Origin: an uncultured Actinomycetota bacterium
GTDB lineage: Bacteria; Actinomycetota; Actinomycetes; Actinomycetales; Dermatophilaceae
Direction: 5' to 3'
NCBI GenBank assembly: GCA_963781465.1
Contig: CAWAGH010000007.1
Location: 167,657 to 231,656, forward strand
DNA: 64,000 nt
The notes below the pieces were generated by a model. It made no database searches. It was not told the DNA's origin and saw nothing but the letters and a program-made list of their open reading frames with translations. The position numbers and the translations under genes are program-made. Below are positions 1-10,379 of this stretch, piece by piece (position 1 is the first letter of the stretch; the number at the start of each line of letters is the position of its first letter).

Positions 1-142
1 CGGCTGGAGCGGGAGCGGCAACAACGCCCCCGCACCGCAGCCCGCCGGTAACCAGGGCGGTAACCAGGGCGGTAACCAGGGCGGTGGCCAGCAGGGTGGC
101 TGGGGCAACAACGCTCCCGGCTACGACGAGCCCCCGTTCTGA
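1..142 (+). CDS. ssb: single-stranded DNA-binding protein, 3' end only (5' part lies left of the window)
   Basis: Frame 2 reads ...AGNQGGNQGGNQGGGQQGGWGNNAPGYDEPPF*. This is a Gly/Asn/Gln-rich tail ending in the acidic DEPPF tip typical of bacterial SSB. Stop TGA at 140-142. Sits directly upstream of rpsR-rplI, as in the conserved rpsF-ssb-rpsR-rplI cluster. Confidence 0.8.
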   Translation, partial: GWSGSGNNAPAPQPAGNQGGNQGGNQGGGQQGGWGNNAPGYDEPPF

Positions 143-214
143 TCCACATTCACCAGTAGCACCCCATCCCGGGGTCACTCCCCGGGCTCTCACCAGAAGA
201 AGGAGAGCACCACG

Positions 215-451
215 ATGGCCAAGCCCGTTGTGCGCAAACCGAAGAAGAAGGCGAATCCCCTCAAGATCGCCAAGGTCGAGAACATCGACTACAAGGACAC
301 CGCGCTGCTGCGCAAGTTCATCTCCGACCGCGGCAAGATCCGTGCGCGCCGGGTGACCGGAGTGTCCGTCCAGGAGCAGCGGCTCATCGCCACCGCGGTC
401 AAGAACGCCCGCGAGATGGCCCTGCTGCCGTACTCCAGCTCGGCTCGCTGA
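215..451 (+). CDS. rpsR: 30S ribosomal protein S18
   Basis: 78-aa [20 protein letters not shown]...[31 protein letters not shown], a classic S18 sequence. ATG at 215 is preceded by GAAGGAGAG. Confidence 0.95.
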   Translation: MAKPVVRKPKKKANPLKIAKVENIDYKDTALLRKFISDRGKIRARRVTGVSVQEQRLIATAVKNAREMALLPYSSSAR

Positions 452-465
452 GGAGACACGCGGAT

Positions 466-912
466 ATGAAGGTCATTCTCATCAACGAGGTCACCGGCCT
501 CGGTACCGCCGGTGACGTCGTCGACGTCAAGGACGGCTACGCCCGAAACTTCCTGCTCCCCCGTCACCTGGCCACTCCGTGGACCAAGGGCGGCCAGAAG
601 CAGGTCGACGCGATCACCACGGCCCGCGCCAGCCGCGAGGTCCGCTCGCTCGAGGAGGCCAAGCAGCTCAAGGGCCGCCTCGAGGCCGCCTCGGTCACCG
701 TGCCGGCCAAGGCCGGCAACGCCGGCCGGCTGTTCGGCGCCGTCAGCACGGCCGACATCGCCGACGCGGTCAAGGCCGCCGGCGGTCCGGAGCTCGATCG
801 TCGCCGGATCGAGGTCCAGGGCCACATCAAGTCGACCGGCACCTACCAGGCGCTGGTCCGGCTGCACCCGGACGTGCAGGCGACGGTTCCCTTCGAGGTC
901 GTCGCTCGCTGA
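466..912 (+). CDS. rplI: 50S ribosomal protein L9
   Basis: 148-aa [39 protein letters not shown], a typical L9 N-terminal domain. GAGGAG lies 10 nt upstream of the ATG. Confidence 0.95.
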   Translation: MKVILINEVTGLGTAGDVVDVKDGYARNFLLPRHLATPWTKGGQKQVDAITTARASREVRSLEEAKQLKGRLEAASVTVPAKAGNAGRLFGAVSTADIADAVKAAGGPELDRRRIEVQGHIKSTGTYQALVRLHPDVQATVPFEVVAR

Positions 913-1009
913 CCGCCCCACCCAGCTGACCCGTTCGGGGTCGGAACGCGCCATCACGGCGAGTTCCGACCCCGAACCGCTGTCCAGAGGCCTTCCCGCA
1001 TACTGCGGT

Positions 1010-2533
1010 ATGCCTGCCGGCGAGCCCTCCGCCCAGCCGACCACGACCAGCCCTCCGGACCCGTTGCCGGGCTGGCTGGCGTACGCCCTGGTGTTCGGGA
1101 CGTCAGCGGCCGTGCTGGTCCTCGAGATCACCTCGCTGCGGCTCATCGCGCCCTACGTCGGGATCACCCTCGAGACCAACACGTCGGTCATCGGCCTCGC
1201 CCTGACCGCGATCGCGTTCGGCGCGTGGTCCGGAGGCGCCGCCGCCGACCGGTTGCCGCCGCGGTCGATGATCGGGCCGTTGCTGCTCATCGGCGGCGCG
1301 TTCGTGCTCCTGGTGACACCGGCGATCCGGCTGGCCACGTCGGCCGCCGGTCCGGGGGCCGCCGCGCCCATCGCGCTGCTCGTCGTGACGGTCACCGTGT
1401 TCGTCCCGGCCGCGGTGCTGTCCGCCGTACCGCCGATGGTGGTCAAGCTCGTCCTGTCGACGCTCACCGAGACCGGGTCCGTGGTCGGCCGGCTGTCAGG
1501 GGTCAGCACGCTCGGCGCGATCCTCGCGACCTTCCTCACCGGGTTCGTCCTCGTGGCGTACGTGCCGACCAGCGTGATCCTCTTCGGTACCGGTGGCCTC
1601 CTCGTCGTCGGTGGCCTCGCGTTCGTCGTGGCCAACCGGAGGCGGGGAGTCGCGCCGCACATCGGGGTGACCGCGCCGCTCGCGCTCGCGCTGGTGGCCG
1701 GGCTGGGCGCGCTGCTCGTCCCGTCGCCGTGCCAGGTCGAGACGCGCTACCACTGCGCGTCGGTCGTCGCCGATCCGAGCCGCCCGGAGGGCCGGACGCT
1801 GGTGCTCGACACGCTGCGGCACAGCTACGTCGATCCGAGCGACCCGACCTACCTCGAGTTCGCGTACATGAAGGCCTTCGCCGCCGCCGTCGACACCCGG
1901 CCGACCGGCCCGCTGTCGGTGCTGCACGTCGGCGGCGGGGGGATGACCCTGCCGCGCTACCTCCTGGCCACCCGTCCGGAGAGCACAAACAAGGTCGTGG
2001 AGATCGACGCCGGCGTGGTCGCGGTGGACCGGACCCGGCTCGCCCTGCCCGACGACCCTCGGCTCGAGGTGGAGGTGTCCGACGGGCGGACCGCTGTCCA
2101 TCGGCTCGGCCCCGACAGCTACGACGTCTACGTCGGGGACGCGTTCGGCGGCATCGCGGTGCCGTGGCACCTGACCACGCGCGAGACGTTTCGCGACATC
2201 GACCGGGTCCTGCGCCCGGATGGTCTCGTCGTCCTCAACGTCATCGACTACGCCCCGCTGAACTTCGCGCGGGCCGAGTTGGCCACCGTCGCCGCGGTGT
2301 TCGAGCACGTGGCGCTGGTGACCTCGGGCGGTGGGCTCGCCGGCGGCAACCTCGTCATCCTCGCGTCGCACGCCCCGATCGACCGGGACGCCGTGGCGGC
2401 CGAGCTGCGGACGAAGGGCGGTGGCATGGCCCTGCTCTCGGAGCCGGCCACGCGCTCGTTCCTGGGCGCGGACCCGCTCGTTTTGACCGACGACCACGCG
2501 CCGGTGGACCAGCTCCTCAGCACGGCTCGGTAG
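1010..2533 (+). CDS. fused polytopic membrane / spermidine-synthase-like (class I SAM-fold) protein
   Basis: Same frame as ORF 512..2533; first ATG after the rplI stop is at 1010. The N-terminal half has several hydrophobic helices (LAYALVFGTSAAVLVLEI, VIGLALTAIAFGAW, LLVVTVTVFVPAAVL). The C-terminal half has spermidine/spermine-synthase-like motifs (VLHVGGGGMTLPRYL, VVEIDAGV, DVYVGDAF). The exact start is uncertain. Confidence 0.7.
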   Translation: MPAGEPSAQPTTTSPPDPLPGWLAYALVFGTSAAVLVLEITSLRLIAPYVGITLETNTSVIGLALTAIAFGAWSGGAAADRLPPRSMIGPLLLIGGAFVLLVTPAIRLATSAAGPGAAAPIALLVVTVTVFVPAAVLSAVPPMVVKLVLSTLTETGSVVGRLSGVSTLGAILATFLTGFVLVAYVPTSVILFGTGGLLVVGGLAFVVANRRRGVAPHIGVTAPLALALVAGLGALLVPSPCQVETRYHCASVVADPSRPEGRTLVLDTLRHSYVDPSDPTYLEFAYMKAFAAAVDTRPTGPLSVLHVGGGGMTLPRYLLATRPESTNKVVEIDAGVVAVDRTRLALPDDPRLEVEVSDGRTAVHRLGPDSYDVYVGDAFGGIAVPWHLTTRETFRDIDRVLRPDGLVVLNVIDYAPLNFARAELATVAAVFEHVALVTSGGGLAGGNLVILASHAPIDRDAVAAELRTKGGGMALLSEPATRSFLGADPLVLTDDHAPVDQLLSTAR

Positions 2534-2880
2534 TTCGGCCCCTTCGCCGTCCGGTTCGCCCGCCGGACAGGCAGTGGTTGGTGAGCCGATGCGACACGCC
2601 GCTGGGGTGGTCGGACACGCCGACACCCGACAGGTCAATGCCTGTGCGACAGGCGCCGGCCCCCAGCACCCGGGTCAGGCGACGTAGGCCGCGAGGTGGT
2701 CGCCAGTCAGCGTCCCGTGGCTGGTGCCGGAAGTCGACGACCGGTTCCCGCGGCTCACGGCGGCGGACGCGGAGGGGGCGTTCGACGTCGAGCACGGGCC
2801 GGAGGAGTACCTCGAGCTGGCGGCTCGCACCGGGTTCGAGTTCGGGCTGGAGCGACTGCTCGACGGGATCGAGGCGTACC

Positions 2881-3360
2881 TCAGCCGGCCGTGACGGGGG
2901 TCAGCTCGAACACCGGATGATGGTGCGCCTCGTGGACGAACGCCTCCACCGGAGCACCCTTCGGCACGTCGAAGTACGAGCGGACCGCGGAGGCGGTCTG
3001 CCAGTAGTCCTTGAGCACCGATCCGGCCTCCAGCGGCGTCACCTCACGGACCGTGTACGCGGCGTCGGACTTCTCGCCGTCGACCTTGCCGCTGATCCGG
3101 ACGGTGCCGGCTGCCCGGGCGTTGTGGACCCAGCCGACCGGTCCGTACGGCGCGACGAGGAAGACGTGCCCGCTGCGGTAGATCAGGGTGACCGGCGTGC
3201 GGCGCTCCTCGCCGGTCCTGCGGCCGACGGTGGTGAGCATGACGGTCCGCGGGACGAGGTTCCACGAGACCAGGCGGTCCATGACCACGTTGCCGATCCG
3301 CCGGCCCCTCGTCAGCTCGAGACGCTTGGCCGGCCAGGGGGACGTGCTCCGCTCGCCCAC
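2881..3360 (-). CDS. deazaflavin (F420)-dependent nitroreductase family protein (DUF385-like)
   Basis: 159-aa ORF with TVMLTTVGRRTGEERRTPVTLIY...FLVAPYGPVGWVHNARAAG, a pattern typical of this actinobacterial family. GTG start at 3360 overlaps the upstream GH2 gene by 49 nt; an alternative ATG at 3282 removes the overlap. Confidence 0.7.
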   Translation of the reverse strand: MGERSTSPWPAKRLELTRGRRIGNVVMDRLVSWNLVPRTVMLTTVGRRTGEERRTPVTLIYRSGHVFLVAPYGPVGWVHNARAAGTVRISGKVDGEKSDAAYTVREVTPLEAGSVLKDYWQTASAVRSYFDVPKGAPVEAFVHEAHHHPVFELTPVTAG

Positions 3361-5195
3361 GTGCGCAGCGTATCCGCTCGACTGGCGTCGACCTCCTCCG
3401 ACGGCACCGCCCGCGCCGGACGCCCGACGATCGCGCGGATCCGGTCCGGCTCCAGCTTCGGGGTGCGGTCGGCGGCCAGCAGGCCGTTGCGTTCCTGCTC
3501 GGTGTCGGTGAGCTGGGTGTAGCAGAACCCGGCGATCTCCGGGTTGTCCAGCAGGGCGTCGACCAGCCCGGCGAACCGCTCGAGGTACTCGTCAGCGGAC
3601 TGGACCGTTCCGTACCCGAACCACTCCTCGCCCGCCTCGGGCGCCAGGCTCAGGCCGCCGAACTCGCTGAGGACGACCGGCTGGCCGCGGTCACGCTCGC
3701 CCTCGAGCAGCACCCGCCGTCCCCCCGGGCTCTGGTCTCCGACGGTGCGGTCGATGGCCTCGGCGTCCCGGTACCGCTCGGCCAACCGCTCGCCCCACGC
3801 GGCGTAGTCGTGGACGCCGAGGATGTCGCTGCGGGTGTGCTCCCAGCCGTCGTTGGAGATGACCGGCCGCGTGGGGTCGAGGGCCTTGGTCAGGTGGTAG
3901 AGCGCGGTGGCGTAGTTGCGCTGGGTGGCGTCCTGGGCGATCGTCGGTACGCCCCAGCTCTCGTTGAGTGGTACCCACGCCACGATGCACGGGTGGCTGC
4001 GGTCGCGGCGGACCGCCTCGGTCCACTCCTGGACGACGCGCTGCACGGCGGTGGGGCCGAAGGCGTACGCGCTCGGCATCTCCTCCCAGACGAGGAGGCC
4101 GAGCCGGTCGCACCAGGCGAGGAAGCGTGGGTCCTCGATCTTCTGGTGGATGCGGATCCCGTTGAACCCCAACGACTTCACCGCCTCCACCTCGGCGCGG
4201 AGCGCGTCGTCGTCGGGCGCGGCGAGGTGCGACTGCGGCCAGTATCCCTGCTCGAGGACGAGTCGCAGGTAGTAGGGCAGGCCGTTCAGGAGGAACCGGC
4301 CGTCGCCGACGCCCACGCTGCGGTACCCGAGGTACGACGTGGCCTCGTCGAGCACCGTCCCGTCCGGGGCCACGAGCGCGACTCGGGCGTCGAGGAGGTT
4401 CGGCCGCTCCGGGGTCCAGAGCAGGTCGCCCAGCTCCTGGCCGTGGTGCGCTTCCGCGAGGTCGAGGACGACCACCGAGTGAGTGGCGCCCACGCGCACC
4501 GCAGCCTCGGCCACGACCCGGTCGGGCCGGGTGAGGCGGACCTCGAGCCGGGTGCCCTCCACCGGCATACCGCTCAGCTCGGCCTCGAGCGTCACCCGGC
4601 CGCGGACCAGGTCGGGGGTCCAGTCGACGCGGGTCAGGTGCCGGTCGCCGACCACCTCCCACCACACCGGCTGCCAGATGCCGGTCGTGCGGTGGTACCA
4701 GATGTCGTGCGGCGCGGGTCGCCAGTCCTGCTTGCCGCGCGGCTGGGCGGGGTCGTCGACCGGGTCCTCGGCGCGCACCACGACGACCTGGTCGCCGCCG
4801 TGGTCAAGAACATCGGTGATGTCCGCGTGGAACGGCGTATGCCCGCCCTCGTGACGGGCGACCAGCTGCCCGTTGACCCACACCTCGGCCCGGTAGTCGA
4901 CCGCCCCGAGATGCAGCAGCACCCGCCGGTCCGCGCCGACCGGGTCGATGCGGACGACGCGGCGGTACCAGACGACCGGGTGCACGGCCGGGTCGCGGAT
5001 CCCGGACAGCCCCGACTCCGGCGGGTACGGCACCTGGATCGTCGCGTCGTAGCGTCGGTCGCCCCGCGGCCAGCCGTCGCGACGGCCGAGGTCCTCGTCG
5101 TCGTGAGCGAAGTCCCATGGCCCGCAGAGGTCTTGCCAGTGCGGTCGTTGCAGCTGCGGTCGCGGGTACGCCTGGTGCGACGTGAGGTCGGGCAC
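3312..5195 (-). CDS. glycoside hydrolase family 2 protein (beta-glucuronidase/mannosidase/galactosidase-like)
   Basis: Frame of ORF 3312..5522. Carries GH2 hallmarks: YPRPQLQRPHWQDLCGPWDF, AVDYRAEVWVNG, HEGGHTPF, acid/base region WVPLNESWG, nucleophile region VVLSEFGG. The upstream part of the ORF would overlap divergent trpS, so I placed the start at the in-frame GTG at 5195. The start is not well supported. Confidence 0.75.
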   Translation of the reverse strand: MPDLTSHQAYPRPQLQRPHWQDLCGPWDFAHDDEDLGRRDGWPRGDRRYDATIQVPYPPESGLSGIRDPAVHPVVWYRRVVRIDPVGADRRVLLHLGAVDYRAEVWVNGQLVARHEGGHTPFHADITDVLDHGGDQVVVVRAEDPVDDPAQPRGKQDWRPAPHDIWYHRTTGIWQPVWWEVVGDRHLTRVDWTPDLVRGRVTLEAELSGMPVEGTRLEVRLTRPDRVVAEAAVRVGATHSVVVLDLAEAHHGQELGDLLWTPERPNLLDARVALVAPDGTVLDEATSYLGYRSVGVGDGRFLLNGLPYYLRLVLEQGYWPQSHLAAPDDDALRAEVEAVKSLGFNGIRIHQKIEDPRFLAWCDRLGLLVWEEMPSAYAFGPTAVQRVVQEWTEAVRRDRSHPCIVAWVPLNESWGVPTIAQDATQRNYATALYHLTKALDPTRPVISNDGWEHTRSDILGVHDYAAWGERLAERYRDAEAIDRTVGDQSPGGRRVLLEGERDRGQPVVLSEFGGLSLAPEAGEEWFGYGTVQSADEYLERFAGLVDALLDNPEIAGFCYTQLTDTEQERNGLLAADRTPKLEPDRIRAIVGRPARAVPSEEVDASRADTLRTWASGARPPGRPSVSS

Positions 5196-5424
5196 CGGTC
5201 GACTGTAAAGGCGGAGCAGGGCGACGAGCCGACCCGATAGAGTAGGTCCATGAAAACCGCCGGCTCGACCGTGACGCCCGTATGCGCGCCGCGCGCGAGC
5301 TGGTGGCTGCCCTGACCGGGGCGGAACCCAGCACGACCACACCACAGCCGCCCCTCGACGGGCGGCTTTCGTGTGCACGGTGCACTGCCCGGCCGAGGGA
5401 CGCAGGACGACAAGGAGCACGGAG

Positions 5425-6528
<1,104 letters not shown>

Positions 6529-6578
6529 CCCGGTTCGTGCTCTGAACCGCGCGGAATTCCGGCTCCGCACACCACGAC

Positions 6579-7241
6579 TCAATCGCCGTCGGCCGGCTCC
6601 GAGGCATATTCGCGTTCCTCCCGGCGGTCCTTGCGGACCTCGTAGACCTTCCACGCGATGGCGGCGACGATGACGACGCCGACCACCCCGAACGCCAGGC
6701 CGCGGCCCACCTTCTCCTCGACGACCTTGTACGAGGTGCCGGCCACGTGCCCGATGGTGACGAACAGGGTGCCCCAGATGATGCCGCCGAGGGCGTTCCA
6801 GAGCAGGAAGGTGCGGTAGGGCATCCCGGCGGCGCCGGCCAGCGCCGGCATCATCGCGCGGAAGAACGCCGTGAACCGGCCGAGGAACACCGCGCTCCCA
6901 CCACGGCGCTGGAGGAAGTCCTCGGCGCGGGCCAGCTTGTGGCGGTGCTTGCCGAGCAGCCGGCCGTCGAGGATCCGCGGCCCGAAGACGTGCCTGCCGA
7001 CCTCGTACCCGACCGTGTCACCGAGGATGGCGGCCGCGACCACGAGCACGATGGACAGGGCGAAGCTCGTGGTCCCCAGGCTCGATGCCACCCCGGCGAG
7101 CACCGCCGCGGTCTCGCCCGGGATGACGAAGCCGATGAAGATCGCGTCCTCGGCGAAGACCAGGGCGAAGACCACGAGATAGACCAGCGCGGGCGACAGC
7201 CCGAGCAGCGTGGTGAAGAACCCGTCGAGAAACCCGCTCAC
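6579..7241 (-). CDS. DedA family membrane protein
   Basis: 220-aa ORF with VFAEDAIFIGFVIPGETAAVLAG and FLGRFTAFFRAMMPALAGAAGMPYRTFLLWNALGGIIWG, typical DedA/SNARE-associated motifs. GTG start at 7241. Confidence 0.85.
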   Translation of the reverse strand: MSGFLDGFFTTLLGLSPALVYLVVFALVFAEDAIFIGFVIPGETAAVLAGVASSLGTTSFALSIVLVVAAAILGDTVGYEVGRHVFGPRILDGRLLGKHRHKLARAEDFLQRRGGSAVFLGRFTAFFRAMMPALAGAAGMPYRTFLLWNALGGIIWGTLFVTIGHVAGTSYKVVEEKVGRGLAFGVVGVVIVAAIAWKVYEVRKDRREEREYASEPADGD

Positions 7242-7262
7242 ACCGACGAGTCAGACGCTGGT

Positions 7263-7526
7263 TCAGGCATGGTCGGGGTCGCCTGGCGGCGGGCTGTCGT
7301 CCTCGACGACCGTCGACTCGATCGCAGCCTCGTCCACGTCGTCGGACCGCTCCGACTCGTCGATCTGTTCGACGTCGCCCTCGGTGGGGCCGCTCATGCC
7401 CTGGTAGGCGTCGTCGTCGGGCTGGATCGCGTTCGGCATGGTGTGCAAGAGCTGGTCCTCGGCGTCGTGCGCCGCGTGGATCTTCTCCTCGACATCGTGC
7501 AGGTCGGGTACCTCGTGCTCCGCCAT
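7263..7526 (-). CDS. small, very acidic hypothetical protein (87 aa)
   Basis: ATG-initiated ORF with strong G/C third-position bias and Asp/Glu-rich composition. No recognisable domain. Confidence 0.5.
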   Translation of the reverse strand: MAEHEVPDLHDVEEKIHAAHDAEDQLLHTMPNAIQPDDDAYQGMSGPTEGDVEQIDESERSDDVDEAAIESTVVEDDSPPPGDPDHA

Positions 7527-7668
7527 GGCCGCCTCCGTCGTCGTCTACCAGTGCCGCGTATGCCCGTTCGGCCCCTACTCTGCCGCGCCCATGGGCCTTC
7601 GGCCAGCGCATCTCGGGAGGGCCGCGCTAGCGTTGCCGCCCAGACTGCCCGCAGAGAGGAATCGTGCC

Positions 7669-8274
7669 ATGGCTGGTTGGGTCTGGGGCGCCGCCGCCGT
7701 CCTGCTCGGGGTGGTGATCTTCCTGCTGCTCCGCACCCGCGGCCGCGGTCGGCACCGGGCGCCGGCCGTGGAGTACGTGCCGCCCCCCGAGGAGCAGCCA
7801 TCCGACGTCGAACCCGACGAGCCGGACGAGCCCGACGAGCACCTCGAGCCGGACGAGGACCTCGAGGTGGGGGAGGACGTCGAGGAGGTGGACTCCGCGC
7901 CCGAGTGGGCCCACGGCGCGGCCGGGGAGGAGCTGACGCCCGCCCAGGAGGAGCAGGCGGAGCTCGAAGAGGACGCCGAGCTGCGCCACGACGAGGGCTA
8001 CGTGGAGACGTTCGGCAACGATCGGACCGACGCGCCTGACGAACCGTTCCCCGCCGGCGAGGTCGAGGAGTCCGGGTACGGCTCGGGCTCGTCCGTCTCG
8101 CGGCGCGGTGTGTCCGGACCGGAGGGCTGGACGGTCAAGGGCAACGCGGACTCGTTGCTCTTCTACACCGAGGATGCGCCCGGCTACGCCCGCGCGGCGG
8201 CCGACGTGTGGTTCGAGACGGAGGAGGCCGCGACGACGGCCGGCTTCACCCGGTGGGACGCCCATCACCGCTGA
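7669..8274 (+). CDS. membrane-anchored acidic protein with a small conserved C-terminal module
   Basis: ATG at 7669 preceded by AGAGAGGA. N-terminal TM helix (WVWGAAAVLLGVVIFLLL), then a long D/E/P-rich spacer. The C-terminus GWTVKGNADSLLFYTEDAPGYARAAADVWFETEEAATTAGFTRW resembles a short module common at the C-terminus of actinobacterial proteins (recalled from memory, unverified). Confidence 0.6.
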   Translation: MAGWVWGAAAVLLGVVIFLLLRTRGRGRHRAPAVEYVPPPEEQPSDVEPDEPDEPDEHLEPDEDLEVGEDVEEVDSAPEWAHGAAGEELTPAQEEQAELEEDAELRHDEGYVETFGNDRTDAPDEPFPAGEVEESGYGSGSSVSRRGVSGPEGWTVKGNADSLLFYTEDAPGYARAAADVWFETEEAATTAGFTRWDAHHR

Positions 8275-9451
8275 ACCCGCTCCGCTCACGCCGCGGTCCG
8301 GCGCTCGGACCGTCGAGCTGGACGTCCGCAACAACTCCCTCAACCTGATCCGACTCGGTCTTGCGCTGCTCGTCCTCGTCGCCCACGGCTACTACCTGTC
8401 CGGGGCCGGGACGGGGCCGTCGATCCAGGGCGAGAACCTCGGCGGCTGGGCGGTGTTCGGATTCTTCACGCTCAGTGGGTACCTCATCACCGCGAGCCGG
8501 TTCGCCAACCCCCTCGGCCGGTACCTCGTCCTCCGGGTCGCCCGCATCTACCCCGCGTTCGTCGTATGCCTGGTGGTCACGGCCGGCGTCTTCGCACCGG
8601 TCGCCTGGTCCGCGGAGGGGCGCGACTGGAGCGGGTTCCTCACGACGCCGACCAGCCCACCCGCATACGTCCTGGAGAACCTGGCCCTGCGGATCAACGC
8701 CTACGACGTGGCGGGCACGCCGTCCGCCGTGCCGTACCCGGGCGCCTGGAACGGGTCGCTGTGGACGCTCTACTTCGAGTTCCTCTGCTACCTGATCGTC
8801 GGGCTGCTGGTCTGCCTACCGGTGGTGCGGCGTCATCGCTGGCTGATCGTGGTGGCCTTCACGGCGTCCGTGGTCGCGTGGGCGACGGTCGGCGCCTGGG
8901 GACCCGGCGCATACTCCGACCTCGTCCTGCTGGCGAGGTTGCTGCCGGCGTTCCTCGGTGGCGCGGTGGTCTGGGTGGTGAACGGGCGGGTTCCGCTGCG
9001 GACGCCGTTCGCGCTCGTCGCCGTGGTCGTCGCCGTCGTGCTCGTCCTGACGGTCGAGCACTGGGGCGCGCAGGCGGCGTCCCCGCTCATCGCGTACGTG
9101 CTGCTCTGGCTGTCCACGGTGCTCCCGTCGCCCGCGGTGGCGCGGCGGCACGACATCTCGTACGGCGTCTACATCTACGCGTTCCCGATGCAGCAGCTGC
9201 TCGTGTATGCGGGTGCGCACCGCCTGGGGCTGGTTGCCTACGACGTCCTCGCGGCGCTCGCGACGGCGACCGTCGCGGTGGTCAGCTGGAGGCTGGTCGA
9301 GCGGCCGGCGCTGCGGTGGGCGCGGCACCGGTTCCGTTCGCGGGCAATGGTTTCAGCCCCGGGCGACCGCGTGCCGAATCAGTCGGCCGGCGGCGCTCCA
9401 CTGCCGTCCCGCGACGACGCCGGGGAGCAGGCTGACGGCGTGCGCCCGTGA
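8174..9451 (+). CDS. acyltransferase family 3 (OafA/YrhL-like) membrane protein
   Basis: Conserved N-terminal NNSLNLIRLGLALLVLVAHG, FFTLSGYLIT, RIYPAFVV, and about 10 hydrophobic segments. Start unresolved: there is no ATG or GTG between the upstream stop (8274) and the conserved motif. The options are ATG 8174 (101-nt overlap), GTG 8108, or a non-canonical CTG at 8318. Confidence 0.75.
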   Translation: MRPATPARRPTCGSRRRRPRRRPASPGGTPITAEPAPLTPRSGARTVELDVRNNSLNLIRLGLALLVLVAHGYYLSGAGTGPSIQGENLGGWAVFGFFTLSGYLITASRFANPLGRYLVLRVARIYPAFVVCLVVTAGVFAPVAWSAEGRDWSGFLTTPTSPPAYVLENLALRINAYDVAGTPSAVPYPGAWNGSLWTLYFEFLCYLIVGLLVCLPVVRRHRWLIVVAFTASVVAWATVGAWGPGAYSDLVLLARLLPAFLGGAVVWVVNGRVPLRTPFALVAVVVAVVLVLTVEHWGAQAASPLIAYVLLWLSTVLPSPAVARRHDISYGVYIYAFPMQQLLVYAGAHRLGLVAYDVLAALATATVAVVSWRLVERPALRWARHRFRSRAMVSAPGDRVPNQSAGGAPLPSRDDAGEQADGVRP

Positions 9452-10243
9452 GGTGAGCCGCGCTCGCGCGCCGCGCTCCGCCGTGGTCCAGCCGAGGGCC
9501 CGCATCTGCTCGACGGCCATGGCGTAGTAGGCCCGCTCGTCGGCGAAGCGCGACCCGTCGACCAGCGTCGTCGACGAGGCGCTCCCGGCGTGCCGGCGGT
9601 AGAGGAAGCACACGGTGGGGTCGACGACGAGCGAGCCGCCGTGGGCGACGAGGTCGAGCTCGAGAGCGAAGTCCTGGATGATCGGCAGCTCAACCCGGAA
9701 GCCGATCTCCTCGACGGCGTTGCGCCGGAACGCGATCGAGGGCCAGTAGAGCCAGTTGCCGCGGAGCAACGAGGTCGCCAGCGGCTCGCCGGAGAGGACG
9801 GTGCGCCCGTCGCCCCGGGGCCGGAGCAGCCGTTGCTTGACGGTGTCGGCCAGCCCGGCCGAGGGCGTCCCCGTCTCGTCGACGACGCGAACTCCGGGCT
9901 GGACCATCGCCGCCTCGGGTACCGCTGCGAAGGCGTCGAGCACGACGCCGACGTAGTCCGGGAGCAGCACGTCGTCACAGCCGAGGAAGACGACGTGCTC
10001 CTGCGTCGCGCGCGCCAGGCCCTCGCGGTAGTTCGCCGTGATGCCGACGTTGGCGTCGTGCCGGACCACCGTGACGCGCGGGTCGTCGAGTCCGGCCAGC
10101 CACTCGGAGATCTGCGGGTCCGGGTAGGCGTCGTCGACGACCAGGAGGTGCCAGTCGTCCCGCTCCTGTGCGAACACGCTCTCGACGGTCTCGCGCATGA
10201 AGCCGGGATCGCCCCAGTACGGCACGAGGATGTCGAGCGCCAC
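9353..10243 (-). CDS. glycosyltransferase family 2 protein
   Basis: 296-aa ORF LDILVPYWGDPGFMRETVESVFAQ...LLVVDDAYPD...FLGCDDVLLPDY, a GT-A fold with DxD-type motifs. GTG start at 10243. The 3' end overlaps the convergent acyltransferase ORF by 99 nt. Confidence 0.85.
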   Translation of the reverse strand: MALDILVPYWGDPGFMRETVESVFAQERDDWHLLVVDDAYPDPQISEWLAGLDDPRVTVVRHDANVGITANYREGLARATQEHVVFLGCDDVLLPDYVGVVLDAFAAVPEAAMVQPGVRVVDETGTPSAGLADTVKQRLLRPRGDGRTVLSGEPLATSLLRGNWLYWPSIAFRRNAVEEIGFRVELPIIQDFALELDLVAHGGSLVVDPTVCFLYRRHAGSASSTTLVDGSRFADERAYYAMAVEQMRALGWTTAERGARARLTSRAHAVSLLPGVVAGRQWSAAGRLIRHAVARG

Positions 10244-10379
10244 GGCCGACAGGCTATGCGAGCCAGGCCTAGCGGGCGGGTTCGGGTATCTGCGTCACAT
10301 CGCGCGCAGGTTCGCACGTGCCCGCCGCGTCCCGAACCTGCCCGAACCGCGCTCGACCACGCGAACGAGCGGCACCGGG

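Noticed and set aside
2517-2894. Two small overlapping candidate ORFs in the gap after the spermidine-synthase-like gene. The minus-strand ORF is 92 aa (2517..2795, with a C...H...H...HC pattern). The plus-strand ORF is 56 aa (GTG 2724..2894, VPEVDDRFPRLTAADAEGAFDVEHGPEEYLELAARTGFEFGLERLLDGIEAYLSRP).
   Set aside because: Both show acceptable G/C third-position bias, but they are mutually exclusive over half their length. Neither has a recognisable domain or a convincing RBS. The plus-strand one may be the tail of a lost gene, but I cannot support a call.
1225-3522. Very long ORFs in alternative or antisense frames. Examples: 1225..3522 (765 aa), 4804..6654, 9379..11382, 18612..21161 (849 aa, antisense to the CHAT gene), 44123..45874, 46784..49426 (880 aa), 49221..50615, 50065..51036.
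   Set aside because: Their translations are monotonous Arg/Pro/Gly/Ala strings with no motifs. They overlap well-supported genes in other frames. Stop codons are simply rare in off-frames of GC-rich DNA.
9353-9451. Convergent gene overlaps (9353-9451 and 22615-22664) as antisense regulatory modules.
   Set aside because: The overlapping tails are low-information C-terminal extensions beyond the conserved domains. They most likely reflect late stop codons in GC-rich DNA rather than a designed overlap.
10244-10379. Nested inverted repeats between the MATE stop and the GT2 start (GCAGGTTCG...CGAACCTGC and flanking GGTTCGG/CCGAACC).
   Set aside because: This is probably an ordinary intrinsic-terminator-type hairpin between two co-oriented genes. 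Nothing marks it as special, and it shows no similarity to the palindromic element family at 50136 and 61599.
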